A stretch of 64,000 nucleotides of DNA. Origin: an uncultured Methanosarcinales archaeon (lineage in GTDB: Archaea > Nanobdellota > Nanobdellia > Woesearchaeales > UBA12501). The stretch is from NCBI GenBank assembly GCA_964459835.1, contig CAYWPA010000001.1, positions 110,957 through 174,956 of the forward strand, read 5' to 3'. A model generated the notes under the pieces. It saw only the letters and a program-made list of their open reading frames with translations, was not told the DNA's origin and searched no databases. Position 1 is the stretch's first letter. Every line of letters begins with the position of its first letter. A program made the translations under genes and the position numbers. Of this stretch, positions 1-8,915 are shown one piece after another.

Positions 1-909
1 GCAACATTGGCTGATATGGGCGGAAAGATTTACTCAATAGAGCTTTCTTATCCTGGGAAAAAGTTCAAACCCCCAAACTTAGAGCCGACAAAGATGAAGA
101 TAAGTTTAGACTATGTGAACAAGATACTTGGCCTTTGCTTGAATGAGAAGCAGCTGGAAGTTTTGCTGGAAAAAATGGGATATGGGTATGAAAAAGGCTT
201 TGTTCTGGTGCCTGCCTACAGGGCAGACATTCTTCATCAGATTGATTTTGTAGAGGATATTGCAATTGCTTATGGATATGAAAATTTCAAGGCAGAGCTA
301 GTTCATGTCGCAACAACAGGAGAAGAGGATAAATTCGAGAAGTTCAAGAATAAGGTTGTGTCTATGCTAATCGGCCTTGGCATGCTTGAGCTGAACACAT
401 ACGACCTAATTGATAGGGATTTACAGACAAAAAAGATGCTTGCTGAGTTTGATGTTATTGAGATAGCTGACCCTGTTTCCCTTGAGTATAACTCGCTAAG
501 ATACTGGATGATTCCTTCTTTGCTTAATGTCTTAAAGGAAAACAAGCATAATGAATATCCTCAAAGGATTTTTGATATTGGGAGGGTGTTCAAGAAAGAC
601 CCTTCACAAGAGACCAAAATAGCAGAGGCAGAAAGATTGGGAGTGCTAAGCTGCCATCTGAAAGCAGACTTTACAGAGGCAAGGCAGATCCTTGATTTTC
701 TTTTCAGGGCTTTAGGTATTGAATACAAAATTGTTGAAGCAGAGCATCCAAGCTTTATTGCAGGAAGGGTTGGAAGGGTAATGGTTGGAAAGGAAAAGAT
801 TGCTTACATCGGCGAATTACATCCGGAAGTCCTTAACAACTTTGAGTTGGATAAGCCTGTTGTGGGGTTCGAATTAAACCTGACGGAGCTGTATAGGGTT
901 ATTTTTTAG
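1..909 (+). CDS. pheT: Phenylalanyl-tRNA synthetase beta subunit, C-terminal part (5' truncated by window edge)
   Basis: Translation shows the archaeal PheT B5/core-like C-terminal region (…GFVLVPAYRADILHQIDFVEDIAIAYGYENF…GRVGRVMVGKEKIAYIGELHPEVL…). The ORF runs to the window start with no upstream stop. Confidence 0.7.
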   Translation, partial: ATLADMGGKIYSIELSYPGKKFKPPNLEPTKMKISLDYVNKILGLCLNEKQLEVLLEKMGYGYEKGFVLVPAYRADILHQIDFVEDIAIAYGYENFKAELVHVATTGEEDKFEKFKNKVVSMLIGLGMLELNTYDLIDRDLQTKKMLAEFDVIEIADPVSLEYNSLRYWMIPSLLNVLKENKHNEYPQRIFDIGRVFKKDPSQETKIAEAERLGVLSCHLKADFTEARQILDFLFRALGIEYKIVEAEHPSFIAGRVGRVMVGKEKIAYIGELHPEVLNNFELDKPVVGFELNLTELYRVIF

Positions 910-923
910 GCTGTTTCTCTGAA

Positions 924-1772
924 CTAATGCTTCGGATTGACAGTGAAGTAGCTGTTGAACTTGAACATTTCAAAGAATATGCCAAGCAATAATCCGATGA
1001 TTTGGATTGCTGTTCTTATAATAATAAAAATTACAAAGAAAAATACTGAAATGTTGGCTAAAAGCGATGTTGTTCCAAAGACAGCAGAAATTGCCCCCAA
1101 AAGCAGCGAAATGATAACGATAGTGAAGAATGTTGCCAAAACATGCGGCAGGTTTGATTTAAAATACCTAAACGATTCTGTAACAATTTGGACGGCATGC
1201 TTTCTCTCCATAATGCTTACGATTTGGTTTACAAAGAAAAGTGAAAGGCTTATGTAGATTGCATAGGCAATGTATGCTATCCCTAATATTATTCCTAAAA
1301 ATATTGCTGCAGGCTTTGAGAATGATGATATGGTGAATAATACAAGAAAAGCAACCAACAAAGGAGCTATGTAAAGCATTATTTTTATAAGAGCTATATT
1401 AAGATAAAGCAGAAAAAGCCTTTTTCCATGGTGAAGCATTTTCTTTGCTGTTGTTTTTCCTGTGTCGATGATGTCTTTGAACATGCCAATATACATTGCC
1501 CTTACATATGATGTTATCAAAATAAAAAGAAATATATCAAATACAAGCAAAAGTGATGCTGTTGCTATGATATTAACTGATGTGAAAAAAGAAGCAAAGT
1601 CTGGCTTTGCTGTGTTGAAGAATATCAAACCGGCAACAACAAACTGCAAAAGCATAAACAGCAAGAGTATACAGCTTAAGCCTATTGAAATAAGCAACGG
1701 AACAATAAGAACTGGGTTTTCTTTGAAATCATCTAAGCTGTGCCTTAAAAGTTTTATATAATCAGGCTTCAT
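924..1772 (-). CDS. Polytopic integral membrane protein, function unknown
   Basis: 282-aa ORF, highly hydrophobic with about 8 predicted TM helices; no recognisable catalytic motif. Confidence 0.45.
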   Translation of the reverse strand: MKPDYIKLLRHSLDDFKENPVLIVPLLISIGLSCILLLFMLLQFVVAGLIFFNTAKPDFASFFTSVNIIATASLLLVFDIFLFILITSYVRAMYIGMFKDIIDTGKTTAKKMLHHGKRLFLLYLNIALIKIMLYIAPLLVAFLVLFTISSFSKPAAIFLGIILGIAYIAYAIYISLSLFFVNQIVSIMERKHAVQIVTESFRYFKSNLPHVLATFFTIVIISLLLGAISAVFGTTSLLANISVFFFVIFIIIRTAIQIIGLLLGIFFEMFKFNSYFTVNPKH

Positions 1773-2167
1773 TGTTTTTTATGTTCCTTTTTTTCTTTTA
1801 TGTCTTTTTTTGCTTCTTTTTTGTGCTGTGTTTCTTTATGCGCTTCTTTGTGCTTTTCCTTGCTTGCTTCTTTTGGCTCTTTTATTTTCTTCTTTGCTTT
1901 CTTGGGCTTTTCTGCTGCTTTCTTAGGCTTTGTTTCCCTTGCTTCAAATCCTAGCTTCTTGAACTCTTTAGAAATATCTGCATGCGAAGCACCTTTCTTT
2001 ATCTTTATTACCTCTGCCAACGGCTCAAGGTGTGAAATGTTACATTTTCTTCTTCTTGTTTCCCCATCTATAAGCACTGATTTTTTGTCTATTGTATCAA
2101 CTACAACGCATTTTGAGCCTGCATCCCTTCCTGCTATTTTAACACATAGTCTTCCTATTTCAATCAT
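1769..2167 (-). CDS. rpl14e: Ribosomal protein L14e (KOW domain) with a long Lys/Glu-rich C-terminal tail
   Basis: The MIEIGRLCVKIAGRDAGSKCVVVD… KOW motif is typical of L14e. The ATG at 2167 overlaps the stop of upstream L34e (ATGA overlap). The C-terminal ~50 aa are a KPKKAAEKPKKAKKK… repeat. Confidence 0.8.
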   Translation of the reverse strand: MIEIGRLCVKIAGRDAGSKCVVVDTIDKKSVLIDGETRRRKCNISHLEPLAEVIKIKKGASHADISKEFKKLGFEARETKPKKAAEKPKKAKKKIKEPKEASKEKHKEAHKETQHKKEAKKDIKEKKEHKKQ

Positions 2168-2427
2168 GCTGCTGTCTCCACAATCTTCTGCCTCATGCAT
2201 CTGCTGCACAGGCTTCCACCGTACGGCCTTTGGGGCCTTTTCTTTGACTTTGAAAAGCTCTTTAGCTCATAAGTCCTTGCCCTTGGAACGCCCTTAAGCA
2301 CAGCTCCACAGGAACTGCATTTTGCTGCCTGCGGCTTTCTTTTCTTATACTGCATACTAAGCCTTCCCCCTGGTGTCCTCCTTACTACCTTTCTAAATCT
2401 TCCTGACCTGTATTTTGGTGCTGGCAT
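2164..2427 (-). CDS. rpl34e: Ribosomal protein L34e
   Basis: MPAPKYRSGRFRKVVRRTPGG… with a C4 zinc-binding pattern (CSSCG…CSRC); 87 aa. Confidence 0.85.
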   Translation of the reverse strand: MPAPKYRSGRFRKVVRRTPGGRLSMQYKKRKPQAAKCSSCGAVLKGVPRARTYELKSFSKSKKRPQRPYGGSLCSRCMRQKIVETAA

Positions 2428-2588
2428 ATCCTGGCTGAAAAATAGGTTCTTTATAAAGGTTTTCTAATTAAAAGATAGTAAAAACTATACTGAAAACAAA
2501 AGGTTTATAAATGGTAAAATCAAAAGATAGGGTTAGGGGGAGTCATAATTGGCTTGTTTCCTAGAGATAGGAGTTTTAGCCAATTTCT

Positions 2589-3095
2589 GTGAAAATGAAG
2601 CTGTCTAATGAAGTAATCGAAAGTGTTGTTTCAGAAGTAGCCGGGGATGATGTTATACCGCTAGTTAAAGCTCTAAAAAACAAAAAAAACGTTTCTGAGT
2701 TTAAGCTGGCTGAAAATATCGAAACAGAAGTCAATATAACAAGAAATATGCTTTATAGGCTCTACCATGCCAACCTGGTTTCTTTCATAAGAAGGAAGGA
2801 TAAGCAAAAGGGATGGTATATTTATTACTGGACATTTAAGCAGAAAAGGATAAAGTACTTGGTTTCTGATTTGAAAAAGAAAAGGCTTGACAGCTTGAAA
2901 GAGAGGCTTGCAAGAGAAGAATCAAGCCAGTTTTTCCTGTGTGAAAATAACTGCATGAGGCTGAGCTTTGAGCAGGCAGTTGATTTTGAGTTTAAATGCG
3001 CAGAATGCGGAAGCATAATGGGGCAGGAAGACAATTCTGAAAAAATACTTAAAATCAAGAATGAGATAGCTGTCTTAGAAAAAGACTTTAAGTAA
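2589..3095 (+). CDS. tfe: Transcription factor E (TFIIE-alpha homologue)
   Basis: N-terminal winged-helix followed by a C-terminal C4 zinc ribbon (CENNC…CAECG); length 168 aa. Confidence 0.7.
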   Translation: MKMKLSNEVIESVVSEVAGDDVIPLVKALKNKKNVSEFKLAENIETEVNITRNMLYRLYHANLVSFIRRKDKQKGWYIYYWTFKQKRIKYLVSDLKKKRLDSLKERLAREESSQFFLCENNCMRLSFEQAVDFEFKCAECGSIMGQEDNSEKILKIKNEIAVLEKDFK

Positions 3096-3993
3096 GCATC
3101 CAAGGGTATGTTTTTTTTGTTTCTGCTATAAAAGCATCCGGCGTAAGAATTCCTAATTCAGATATTATTCCTGTAGCGAGCTTTCTGCTTACCTGTTCAA
3201 AAGCATAGTTTGAAATTTTAACCCCTTTTGGCGGATTTTTCCATACTTCTTTTGTATGCCGTTCCTCTATTTTTTCCTCAAAGCCTTTTATTGTTTTAGG
3301 GTCAAACTTCCATGAATGTGTGCAGAAATATGTTGGGATCTTATAACTTGCGGCAACCCCGCACATAAGCTCTGTTCCTATTTTGTTTATTATTTTTCCC
3401 TCTGCTGTTATTGCATCTGCGCCAAGCAAAACCAAATCTGCTTTTTTTAAGGCCAGCCTTGCTGCAGAATCAACAAAAAGCGTTACAGGTATGCCTGCTT
3501 TTGCCATGTCTTTTGCTGTTCTTCTTCCCTGAAACAAAGGCCTTGTTTCTGTGTTGTGCACTGTAATGTTTTTTCCCTGCTTTTTTGCCTTTATGATGAT
3601 ATTGCTGACAGTTGAAGAGTGGCAGTGTGTAAAAATAGTCATTCCGTCTTTTATTTTTCTTGCACCAAGATCCTCTATAATTTTTTTGTCTGCCTCAAAT
3701 TTTGCCAGAACAAATTTTGATTTTTCTTCTATCTTTTTTTTCATATTCTCAACGCCGTAAAGCCTGATATCTGCCACGATATAGTTAAGCGCATTTCTCA
3801 TTGCCGGCTCTGTTGGTCTTGTGTTAAAAAGAACTCTTTTTGCAATTTCTAGCTCTGAAAGAAACTTTGCTGAGTTTGCTGCCTTTGATTTTCTTGAAAA
3901 TTCTGCAAGCGCTTTTACAGCTTCATTTGCAACATTCTGCGCCCCCTGAATTTTCAAGTCTTTGATATCCTTAACTATCTTGTTGAAGCTCAT
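3088..3993 (-). CDS. aIF-2B alpha/delta family protein (translation initiation factor 2B-like / ribose-1,5-bisphosphate isomerase family)
   Basis: Family-typical blocks …TFTHCHSSTV…, …LLGADAITAEGKIINKIGT… and …SYKIPTYFCTHSWKFD…. Confidence 0.7.
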   Translation of the reverse strand: MSFNKIVKDIKDLKIQGAQNVANEAVKALAEFSRKSKAANSAKFLSELEIAKRVLFNTRPTEPAMRNALNYIVADIRLYGVENMKKKIEEKSKFVLAKFEADKKIIEDLGARKIKDGMTIFTHCHSSTVSNIIIKAKKQGKNITVHNTETRPLFQGRRTAKDMAKAGIPVTLFVDSAARLALKKADLVLLGADAITAEGKIINKIGTELMCGVAASYKIPTYFCTHSWKFDPKTIKGFEEKIEERHTKEVWKNPPKGVKISNYAFEQVSRKLATGIISELGILTPDAFIAETKKTYPWMLT

Positions 3994-4037
3994 TTTTGTA
4001 AAAGAGTTTATAAAAGGGCTTAATTCTGCTTAAGGTG

Positions 4038-4250
4038 TTATCTCCTTTTCAGCATTTTTTCGATCTTTCTTTCTTCCCTTTCAATAGTGTGCTCTTCTTT
4101 CAGAAGGACGTTAACAAGGCTTTCTATATGTGTGTCTATCCTTGCAATTCTTCTTTCCAACAGAACAAGTATTCTTAAGCTGTAAACAATTGCGGCTAAT
4201 GTACCAATAATAATCGCCAGTATGAACCCTTCTAAACCCATAGCCATCAT
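4038..4250 (-). CDS. Small membrane-anchored coiled-coil protein (hypothetical)
   Basis: 70-aa ORF with one N-terminal TM helix and a charged helical tail; no homology recognised. Confidence 0.3.
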   Translation of the reverse strand: MMAMGLEGFILAIIIGTLAAIVYSLRILVLLERRIARIDTHIESLVNVLLKEEHTIEREERKIEKMLKRR

Positions 4251-4325
4251 ATCACCTTTTTGTGGTTAATATTGCCATTAAGTATAAAAAGATTTGTCTT
4301 TATTTAGGAATGGTTATAATGAGGA

Positions 4326-4571
4326 TTACAATACTTTTTTCATAGTTATAGAAATGAGCTTGGCCGCCGCAACAACAGACCACACTGCATTAAGGATTAT
4401 AAAAATCCATGAGTTAAGTGAGTAGGCATAAAAGATCAATGACCCTGAGCCAATCAAATTCAGAATATTGTAGGAAATGGAGTTTTCGTCTACCTTATCC
4501 ATCTCATTAAGAAGAAATGCTGTCAACAAAAACATCAATCCTGTGGTTCCGATTAGTGTTGGAAGCTCCAT
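4326..4571 (-). CDS. Small membrane protein (hypothetical)
   Basis: 81-aa ORF with 2-3 TM helices. A TATA-containing palindromic 26-mer lies about 40 bp upstream of its start. Confidence 0.35.
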   Translation of the reverse strand: MELPTLIGTTGLMFLLTAFLLNEMDKVDENSISYNILNLIGSGSLIFYAYSLNSWIFIILNAVWSVVAAAKLISITMKKVL

Positions 4572-4611
4572 ATATCCTTTCCATAGTGAGTTGGGAATAA
4601 AAGGTTTTTGG

Positions 4612-4637
4612 TATTTATTTTCTATATAGAAAATAAT
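4612..4637. repeat. 26-nt repeat tatttattttctatatagaaaataat containing the perfect 16-bp palindrome TTTTCTATATAGAAAA (copy 1)
   Basis: Identical to 5824-5849; TATA-box-like core. Confidence 0.8.
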
Positions 4638-4756
4638 CCAGGGTGTATTTGTTGACTTTTTGCCTTATAGAAATTAATAAAAATGTAAAAAATAGATCAG
4701 ATTGTTGGTAAAAATACACAATTAATTTTATAGTTTAAAGAAAAAATACGATTGAA

Positions 4757-5554
4757 TTAGTTCTTTGCCTTTTCCCATTCATTATCAAACATTTTCTTCA
4801 AAGAAGTTGCAAAAAATTCTGTGTTAACCCAAATACCTGCATCATAAGTTGGATGAACTTCATTATCATCCATAAGCATAAAAGTAAGCTCTTTTCCGTC
4901 TACTAAACAGAATCTTGATTTTATATCTTTGATGTTTTTTAGCTCTGCAATGCCTTTTAGGGTTTCCTGTGCCTTGTTTGTTTCTTCTGTTAGTGGTGCT
5001 GCAATTCTTATCTTAACACCTCTTTCTTTTGCCTTTGCCAGTATATTTTTCAAAGCGTCAACCTTTCTGTTTAGGCCCTGTGGTGTTGTCATGATGATAA
5101 TTGATTCTTTTGCGTTTTTTATCATGGAATCGATCTGATTATAAACAGCTGCCCTTCCTTTAAGGCTTGCTGATAAGTCTGTAGGCTCAATCAAATCAAT
5201 ACCCTGCTTATGGAGCAGCTCTAACTCAGTAAGAACCTCAGAATCCTTCAAAGAAGCAAGTATTGATGACTTTATTTCTGCGTCTTCCTGTATTCTTTTC
5301 TTAACCCTTTCTAAAACTTCTTCTGGCGGCACAGCGATATACTTTATTGGCTTGCCTATTTTCATAATAATAAAGCCTTTCTTTTCCAGGCTTTCAAGAA
5401 CATCGTAACTTCTTGATCTTGGAACTCCTGCTATATCTGATAATTCTCCTGCTGTTGAGACGCCTCTTGACAGCAAAGCTGTCCAAAGTTTGCTCTCATA
5501 AGTATTAAGCCCAAAATCCCTTAATTTGCTTAAAAACTGTTTTTGCACTATCAT
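4757..5554 (-). CDS. TrmB-family transcriptional regulator
   Basis: N-terminal wHTH (…YESKLWTALLSRGVSTAGELSDIAGVPRSRSYDVLESLEKKGFI…) plus a C-terminal TrmB-type effector domain; 265 aa. Confidence 0.7.
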   Translation of the reverse strand: MIVQKQFLSKLRDFGLNTYESKLWTALLSRGVSTAGELSDIAGVPRSRSYDVLESLEKKGFIIMKIGKPIKYIAVPPEEVLERVKKRIQEDAEIKSSILASLKDSEVLTELELLHKQGIDLIEPTDLSASLKGRAAVYNQIDSMIKNAKESIIIMTTPQGLNRKVDALKNILAKAKERGVKIRIAAPLTEETNKAQETLKGIAELKNIKDIKSRFCLVDGKELTFMLMDDNEVHPTYDAGIWVNTEFFATSLKKMFDNEWEKAKN

Positions 5555-5763
5555 TTTTGTTTTTACTCTTATTTTACTTAGTTTTAGCTATTAAAAGCAC
5601 TTTTAATGCCTTTTTAGCATAAATAAGGCTGTTTAAGCCTTGTTTTCTCTTTCTACCACCACAAACCCTGCTTAAGATTTAGTATGTAGAAGGCACAGTT
5701 TCTTTATAAAGTTTTTGGTTTTTTAGTATTGGTTGGTAGTAAAAATTAATTAAAAATCCTGAA

Positions 5764-5790
5764 GAGACCCCCATCATTTCCTTTGGAAAT
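5764..5790 (-). promoter_or_regulatory. Origin recognition box (ORB) candidate a
   Basis: The reverse complement reads TTTCCAAAGGAAATGATGGGGGTCTC. This matches the archaeal ORB architecture: TTCCnnnGGAA dyad, short spacer, GGGGGT G-string. Confidence 0.55.
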
Positions 5791-5823
5791 TTACATAGAA
5801 GATTTTAAGATGTTTATTTATTA

Positions 5824-5849
5824 TATTTATTTTCTATATAGAAAATAAT
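5824..5849. repeat. 26-nt repeat, copy 2 (inside the putative origin DUE)
   Basis: Identical to 4612-4637. Confidence 0.8.
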
Positions 5850-5884
5850 TAATTAATAATGATATACTTTTCTCTTCTATGGAG

Positions 5885-5907
5885 TTCCATATGCAACAAA
5901 GGGGTCT
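5885..5907 (+). promoter_or_regulatory. ORB candidate b (inverted relative to a)
   Basis: TTCCATATGCAACAAAGGGGTCT, close to the Pyrococcus-type ORB TTCCAGTGGAAACGAAGGGGT. Confidence 0.55.
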
Positions 5908-6070
5908 GTATAAAAGAAAATAAACAAAAAGCTAAAAAAACAGAATTAAAACACAAATAATAAAAAACCATATACAGCAAAAACTATCCTGCTAAATCTA
6001 TTCCAAAATATATATTTTACAAAACAAGTGCATTTATTAAATAAAACCCACAACAGCCTTATACCTATGT

Positions 6071-6098
6071 TTCTTATGGAGATAAGGGGTGGGGGGTG
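6071..6098 (+). promoter_or_regulatory. ORB-like element c (G-string GGGGTGGGGGGT) immediately 5' of the cdc6 start; could alternatively be a Shine-Dalgarno-like element
   Basis: TTCTTATGGAGATAAGGGGTGGGGGGTG ends 5 nt before the ATG of orc1/cdc6. Confidence 0.35.
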
Positions 6099-6102
6099 TT
6101 AG

Positions 6103-7308
6103 ATGGAGCAGCTATATGATTTATTTCAGAAGTATATCAAAAACGAGCCTATTTTTAACGATAAAAAAGTTCTGCAGGCAAACCACACACCTGAAATCAT
6201 CACCCATAGGGAAAGGGAAATAGAGCAAATAGGCAAAGCTCTTGCTCCTGCTTTAAGGCAGCAAAAGCCATCAAACTTATTTTTATACGGCAAAACAGGA
6301 ACAGGCAAGACACTGTCTGCACTCTACACAACAAAAAAGCTGAAAGAGATTGCAGAAAAAGAAAAAATACCTTTGAATGTCATATACATAAACTGCAAGC
6401 TCAAAAAACAGGCAGATACAGAGTACAGGCTAGTAGCGCAGATAGCAAGAGCTTTAGGGAAAACAATCCCAATAACAGGCCTTCCTACTGATGAGGTTTA
6501 CAAAACTTTTTTTGAGGCAATTGACCAGAAAGAGCATGTTTTTATTTTGATACTGGATGAGATAGATCAATTGGTGAAAAAAACAGGCGATGAGATTCTT
6601 TATAATCTGACAAGAATAAACTCAGAATTAAAAAAAGCACAGGTCTGCATTGTTGGCATATCAAATGACCTGATTTTTACTGAAAATCTAGACCCAAGGG
6701 TAAAATCATCTTTGTCAGAAGAAGAAATTATTTTTCAGCCTTACAATGCAATGCATCTGCAGGATATTTTGAGGGAAAGATCCAAAAGAGCGTTTAAGGA
6801 AAACGTTCTTGAGCATGGTGTTATAGAAAAATGCGCAGCATATGCAGCAAGAGAGCATGGAGATGCAAGAAGAGCTTTGGAGCTTTTGAGGGTTGCAGGA
6901 GAATTGGCAGAAAGGGAAGGCTTGGAAAAGGTTGAAATCAAGCATATAGATGAGGCAGAGGACAAAATAGAAAAGGAGCGTGTATTTGATATTGTACTGC
7001 TGCAGCCAAAGCAGTTTCAGCTGACACTTTACTCTATATTAACACTCCACAAAAAAACAAAAGGCACAATCTTCACAGGGGATGTTTACGAAATCTACGA
7101 AAGCCTCTGCAAAAAGACATCAGTAAGACCATTGACCCAGAGAAGGATATCAGATATAGTTGCAGAGCTTGATATGCTCGGCATAATAAATGCAAGGACC
7201 ATATCAAAAGGAAGGTATGGGAGAACAAGGGAGATAAGCGTTGCAATACAGCACTCAATCGAGGAAAAAATAAAGGAAGCTTTGGAAAAAGACCTAGGAC
7301 TGATATGA
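6103..7308 (+). CDS. cdc6: Orc1/Cdc6 replication initiator
   Basis: Walker A (LYGKTGTGKT) and Walker B (ILILDEID) in an AAA+ fold, plus a C-terminal winged helix; 401 aa. Confidence 0.9.
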   Translation: MEQLYDLFQKYIKNEPIFNDKKVLQANHTPEIITHREREIEQIGKALAPALRQQKPSNLFLYGKTGTGKTLSALYTTKKLKEIAEKEKIPLNVIYINCKLKKQADTEYRLVAQIARALGKTIPITGLPTDEVYKTFFEAIDQKEHVFILILDEIDQLVKKTGDEILYNLTRINSELKKAQVCIVGISNDLIFTENLDPRVKSSLSEEEIIFQPYNAMHLQDILRERSKRAFKENVLEHGVIEKCAAYAAREHGDARRALELLRVAGELAEREGLEKVEIKHIDEAEDKIEKERVFDIVLLQPKQFQLTLYSILTLHKKTKGTIFTGDVYEIYESLCKKTSVRPLTQRRISDIVAELDMLGIINARTISKGRYGRTREISVAIQHSIEEKIKEALEKDLGLI

Positions 7309-8915
7309 TGCAGGAAACATTAACAAAAAAAAGAATAATTGATTTCTTTTTAGACAAAGGAATATTGCTAAGCAGCGACTTTGTTGATAGCCTTCAGCAG
7401 GACATCAATCTAGACAGCTTCTATGATTTTCTAAAGTCAAAAGTTGGCGAAGACTTTTTGGTTTTCAACAAAGACGTTGTAGGCCTTCTTAACACAAATG
7501 AAAAAATAGACCTGAACTGGAAAGACTTTGAAAAGATGAAGGCGTTGCAGGAAAACGGCGAAAACCCTTATTTATACTATGATTTTATCAACAGGCAGCA
7601 GCAAAAAGATGAAAAAGAAGAAGTTTCAGGTGAGCAAGGAACTGTTGTTATGAAGGCTCTTTACAAAACAAAAGAAAAAAAGTTTGAAACAAAAGATTTT
7701 GTTGCGCACTTCAACAAAAGGTTCGAAGCTTTAAAAAAACTGCTTCAAAACAGGCAGGAGCTTCAAAACACAACATCGATAAACAGGCTCTCCTCAAAGG
7801 CAGAAAGAAGCAAAGTTTCAATTATAGGGATTGTTCTGGAAAAAAACGAGACTGCAAATGGCAACATCCTTCTTTCACTTGAAGACCCAACTGGAGTTAT
7901 TAATGTTCTTGCAAACAAAAATAATCCAGAGATTTACAATATGGGCAAAGAAATAGTGCTTGATGAGGTGATAGGCTTGACAGGCACTTTAGGAAACAAA
8001 ATTATATTCGCAGACAGCATACTTTTTCCAGACATTCCGATAAACTCAGAGATGAAAAAATCCGAGGATGAGGTATATGCTATCTTTCTTTCAGATATAC
8101 ATTTTGGAAGCACCAAATTTCTGCATGAAGAGTTCGGCAGGTTTATCAAATGGATTAATGGAGAGCTCGGCAGCGAAAAGCAGCAAAACATAGCAAAGAA
8201 AGTCAAGTATGTATTTGTAGTAGGCGATATGGTTGACGGGATAGGGGTTTACCAGGGTCAGGAAAAGGAATTAACAATAAAAGATATCTCTGAGCAATAC
8301 ACAGATGCAGCAAATTGGCTGAAAAAAATTCCAAAAGACAAGAAAATAATTATTTGCCCCGGTAATCACGACGCAATGAGAATATCAGAGCCTCAGCCAC
8401 TGATAGATAAGAATTATGCAAAAGACCTCTATACAATGGAAAATGTAATAATGGTTACTAATCCAGCACTGATAAACATTCATTCTTCTGAAAAATTTTC
8501 AGGAATCGATGTATTAATGTATCACGGGTATAGCTACGACCATTATGCAGCAAATGTTGATAGCATAAGGGAAAAAGGAGGGTATGACAGGGCAGACCTT
8601 ATCATGAAATTTCTTTTGCAAAGAAGGCACCTAGCGCCTACCCATTCATCTTCGCTATATATTCCTGACCCTGAAAAAGACAGCTTGGTTATCGAAACAA
8701 TACCAGATATCTTTGTCAGCGGCCATATCCATAAAGCAGCAGTTAAAAACTACAGGAATGTAACAACTATTTCAAGCAGCTGCTGGCAGGCCAAAACCTC
8801 TTTCCAGGAGAAAGTAGGCCATCATCCAGAGCCCGCAAGGCTGCCAATAGTCAATCTGCAAACAAGGGAAGTTAAAATTATGAGGTTTGACAGCCCGGAA
8901 AATGAAGGAAAATGA
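7305..8915 (+). CDS. polD1: DNA polymerase II (PolD) small subunit DP1
   Basis: Calcineurin-like phosphoesterase motifs (FLSDIHFGS, VVGDMVDG, PGNHDA, GHIH) after an OB-fold N-terminus. Its ATGA start overlaps the cdc6 stop. Confidence 0.85.
   Translation: MMQETLTKKRIIDFFLDKGILLSSDFVDSLQQDINLDSFYDFLKSKVGEDFLVFNKDVVGLLNTNEKIDLNWKDFEKMKALQENGENPYLYYDFINRQQQKDEKEEVSGEQGTVVMKALYKTKEKKFETKDFVAHFNKRFEALKKLLQNRQELQNTTSINRLSSKAERSKVSIIGIVLEKNETANGNILLSLEDPTGVINVLANKNNPEIYNMGKEIVLDEVIGLTGTLGNKIIFADSILFPDIPINSEMKKSEDEVYAIFLSDIHFGSTKFLHEEFGRFIKWINGELGSEKQQNIAKKVKYVFVVGDMVDGIGVYQGQEKELTIKDISEQYTDAANWLKKIPKDKKIIICPGNHDAMRISEPQPLIDKNYAKDLYTMENVIMVTNPALINIHSSEKFSGIDVLMYHGYSYDHYAANVDSIREKGGYDRADLIMKFLLQRRHLAPTHSSSLYIPDPEKDSLVIETIPDIFVSGHIHKAAVKNYRNVTTISSSCWQAKTSFQEKVGHHPEPARLPIVNLQTREVKIMRFDSPENEGK

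Larger units (their letters stand above)
5555..6102. other. oriC: Probable chromosomal replication origin (oriC): ORB elements flanking an AT-rich unwinding region upstream of orc1/cdc6
   Basis: A 550-bp intergenic region directly upstream of orc1/cdc6-polD. It holds three ORB-like elements with a dyad plus G-string and a very AT-rich stretch of about 95 bp between two inverted ORBs. Confidence 0.6.

Noticed and set aside
1772-2297. ORFs 1772-1954(+) and 1800-2297(+) of 60 and 165 aa
   Set aside because: They lie antisense to the well-supported L14e/L34e genes. Their Phe/Leu/Ser/Cys-rich low-complexity translations are typical shadow ORFs of a lysine-rich gene.
6071-6098. Calling the GGGGTGGGGGGT tract before cdc6 a definite ORB
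   Set aside because: Its dyad half is poor and it sits 5 nt from the start codon, so it may simply be a ribosome-binding or leader sequence. Kept only as a low-confidence feature.
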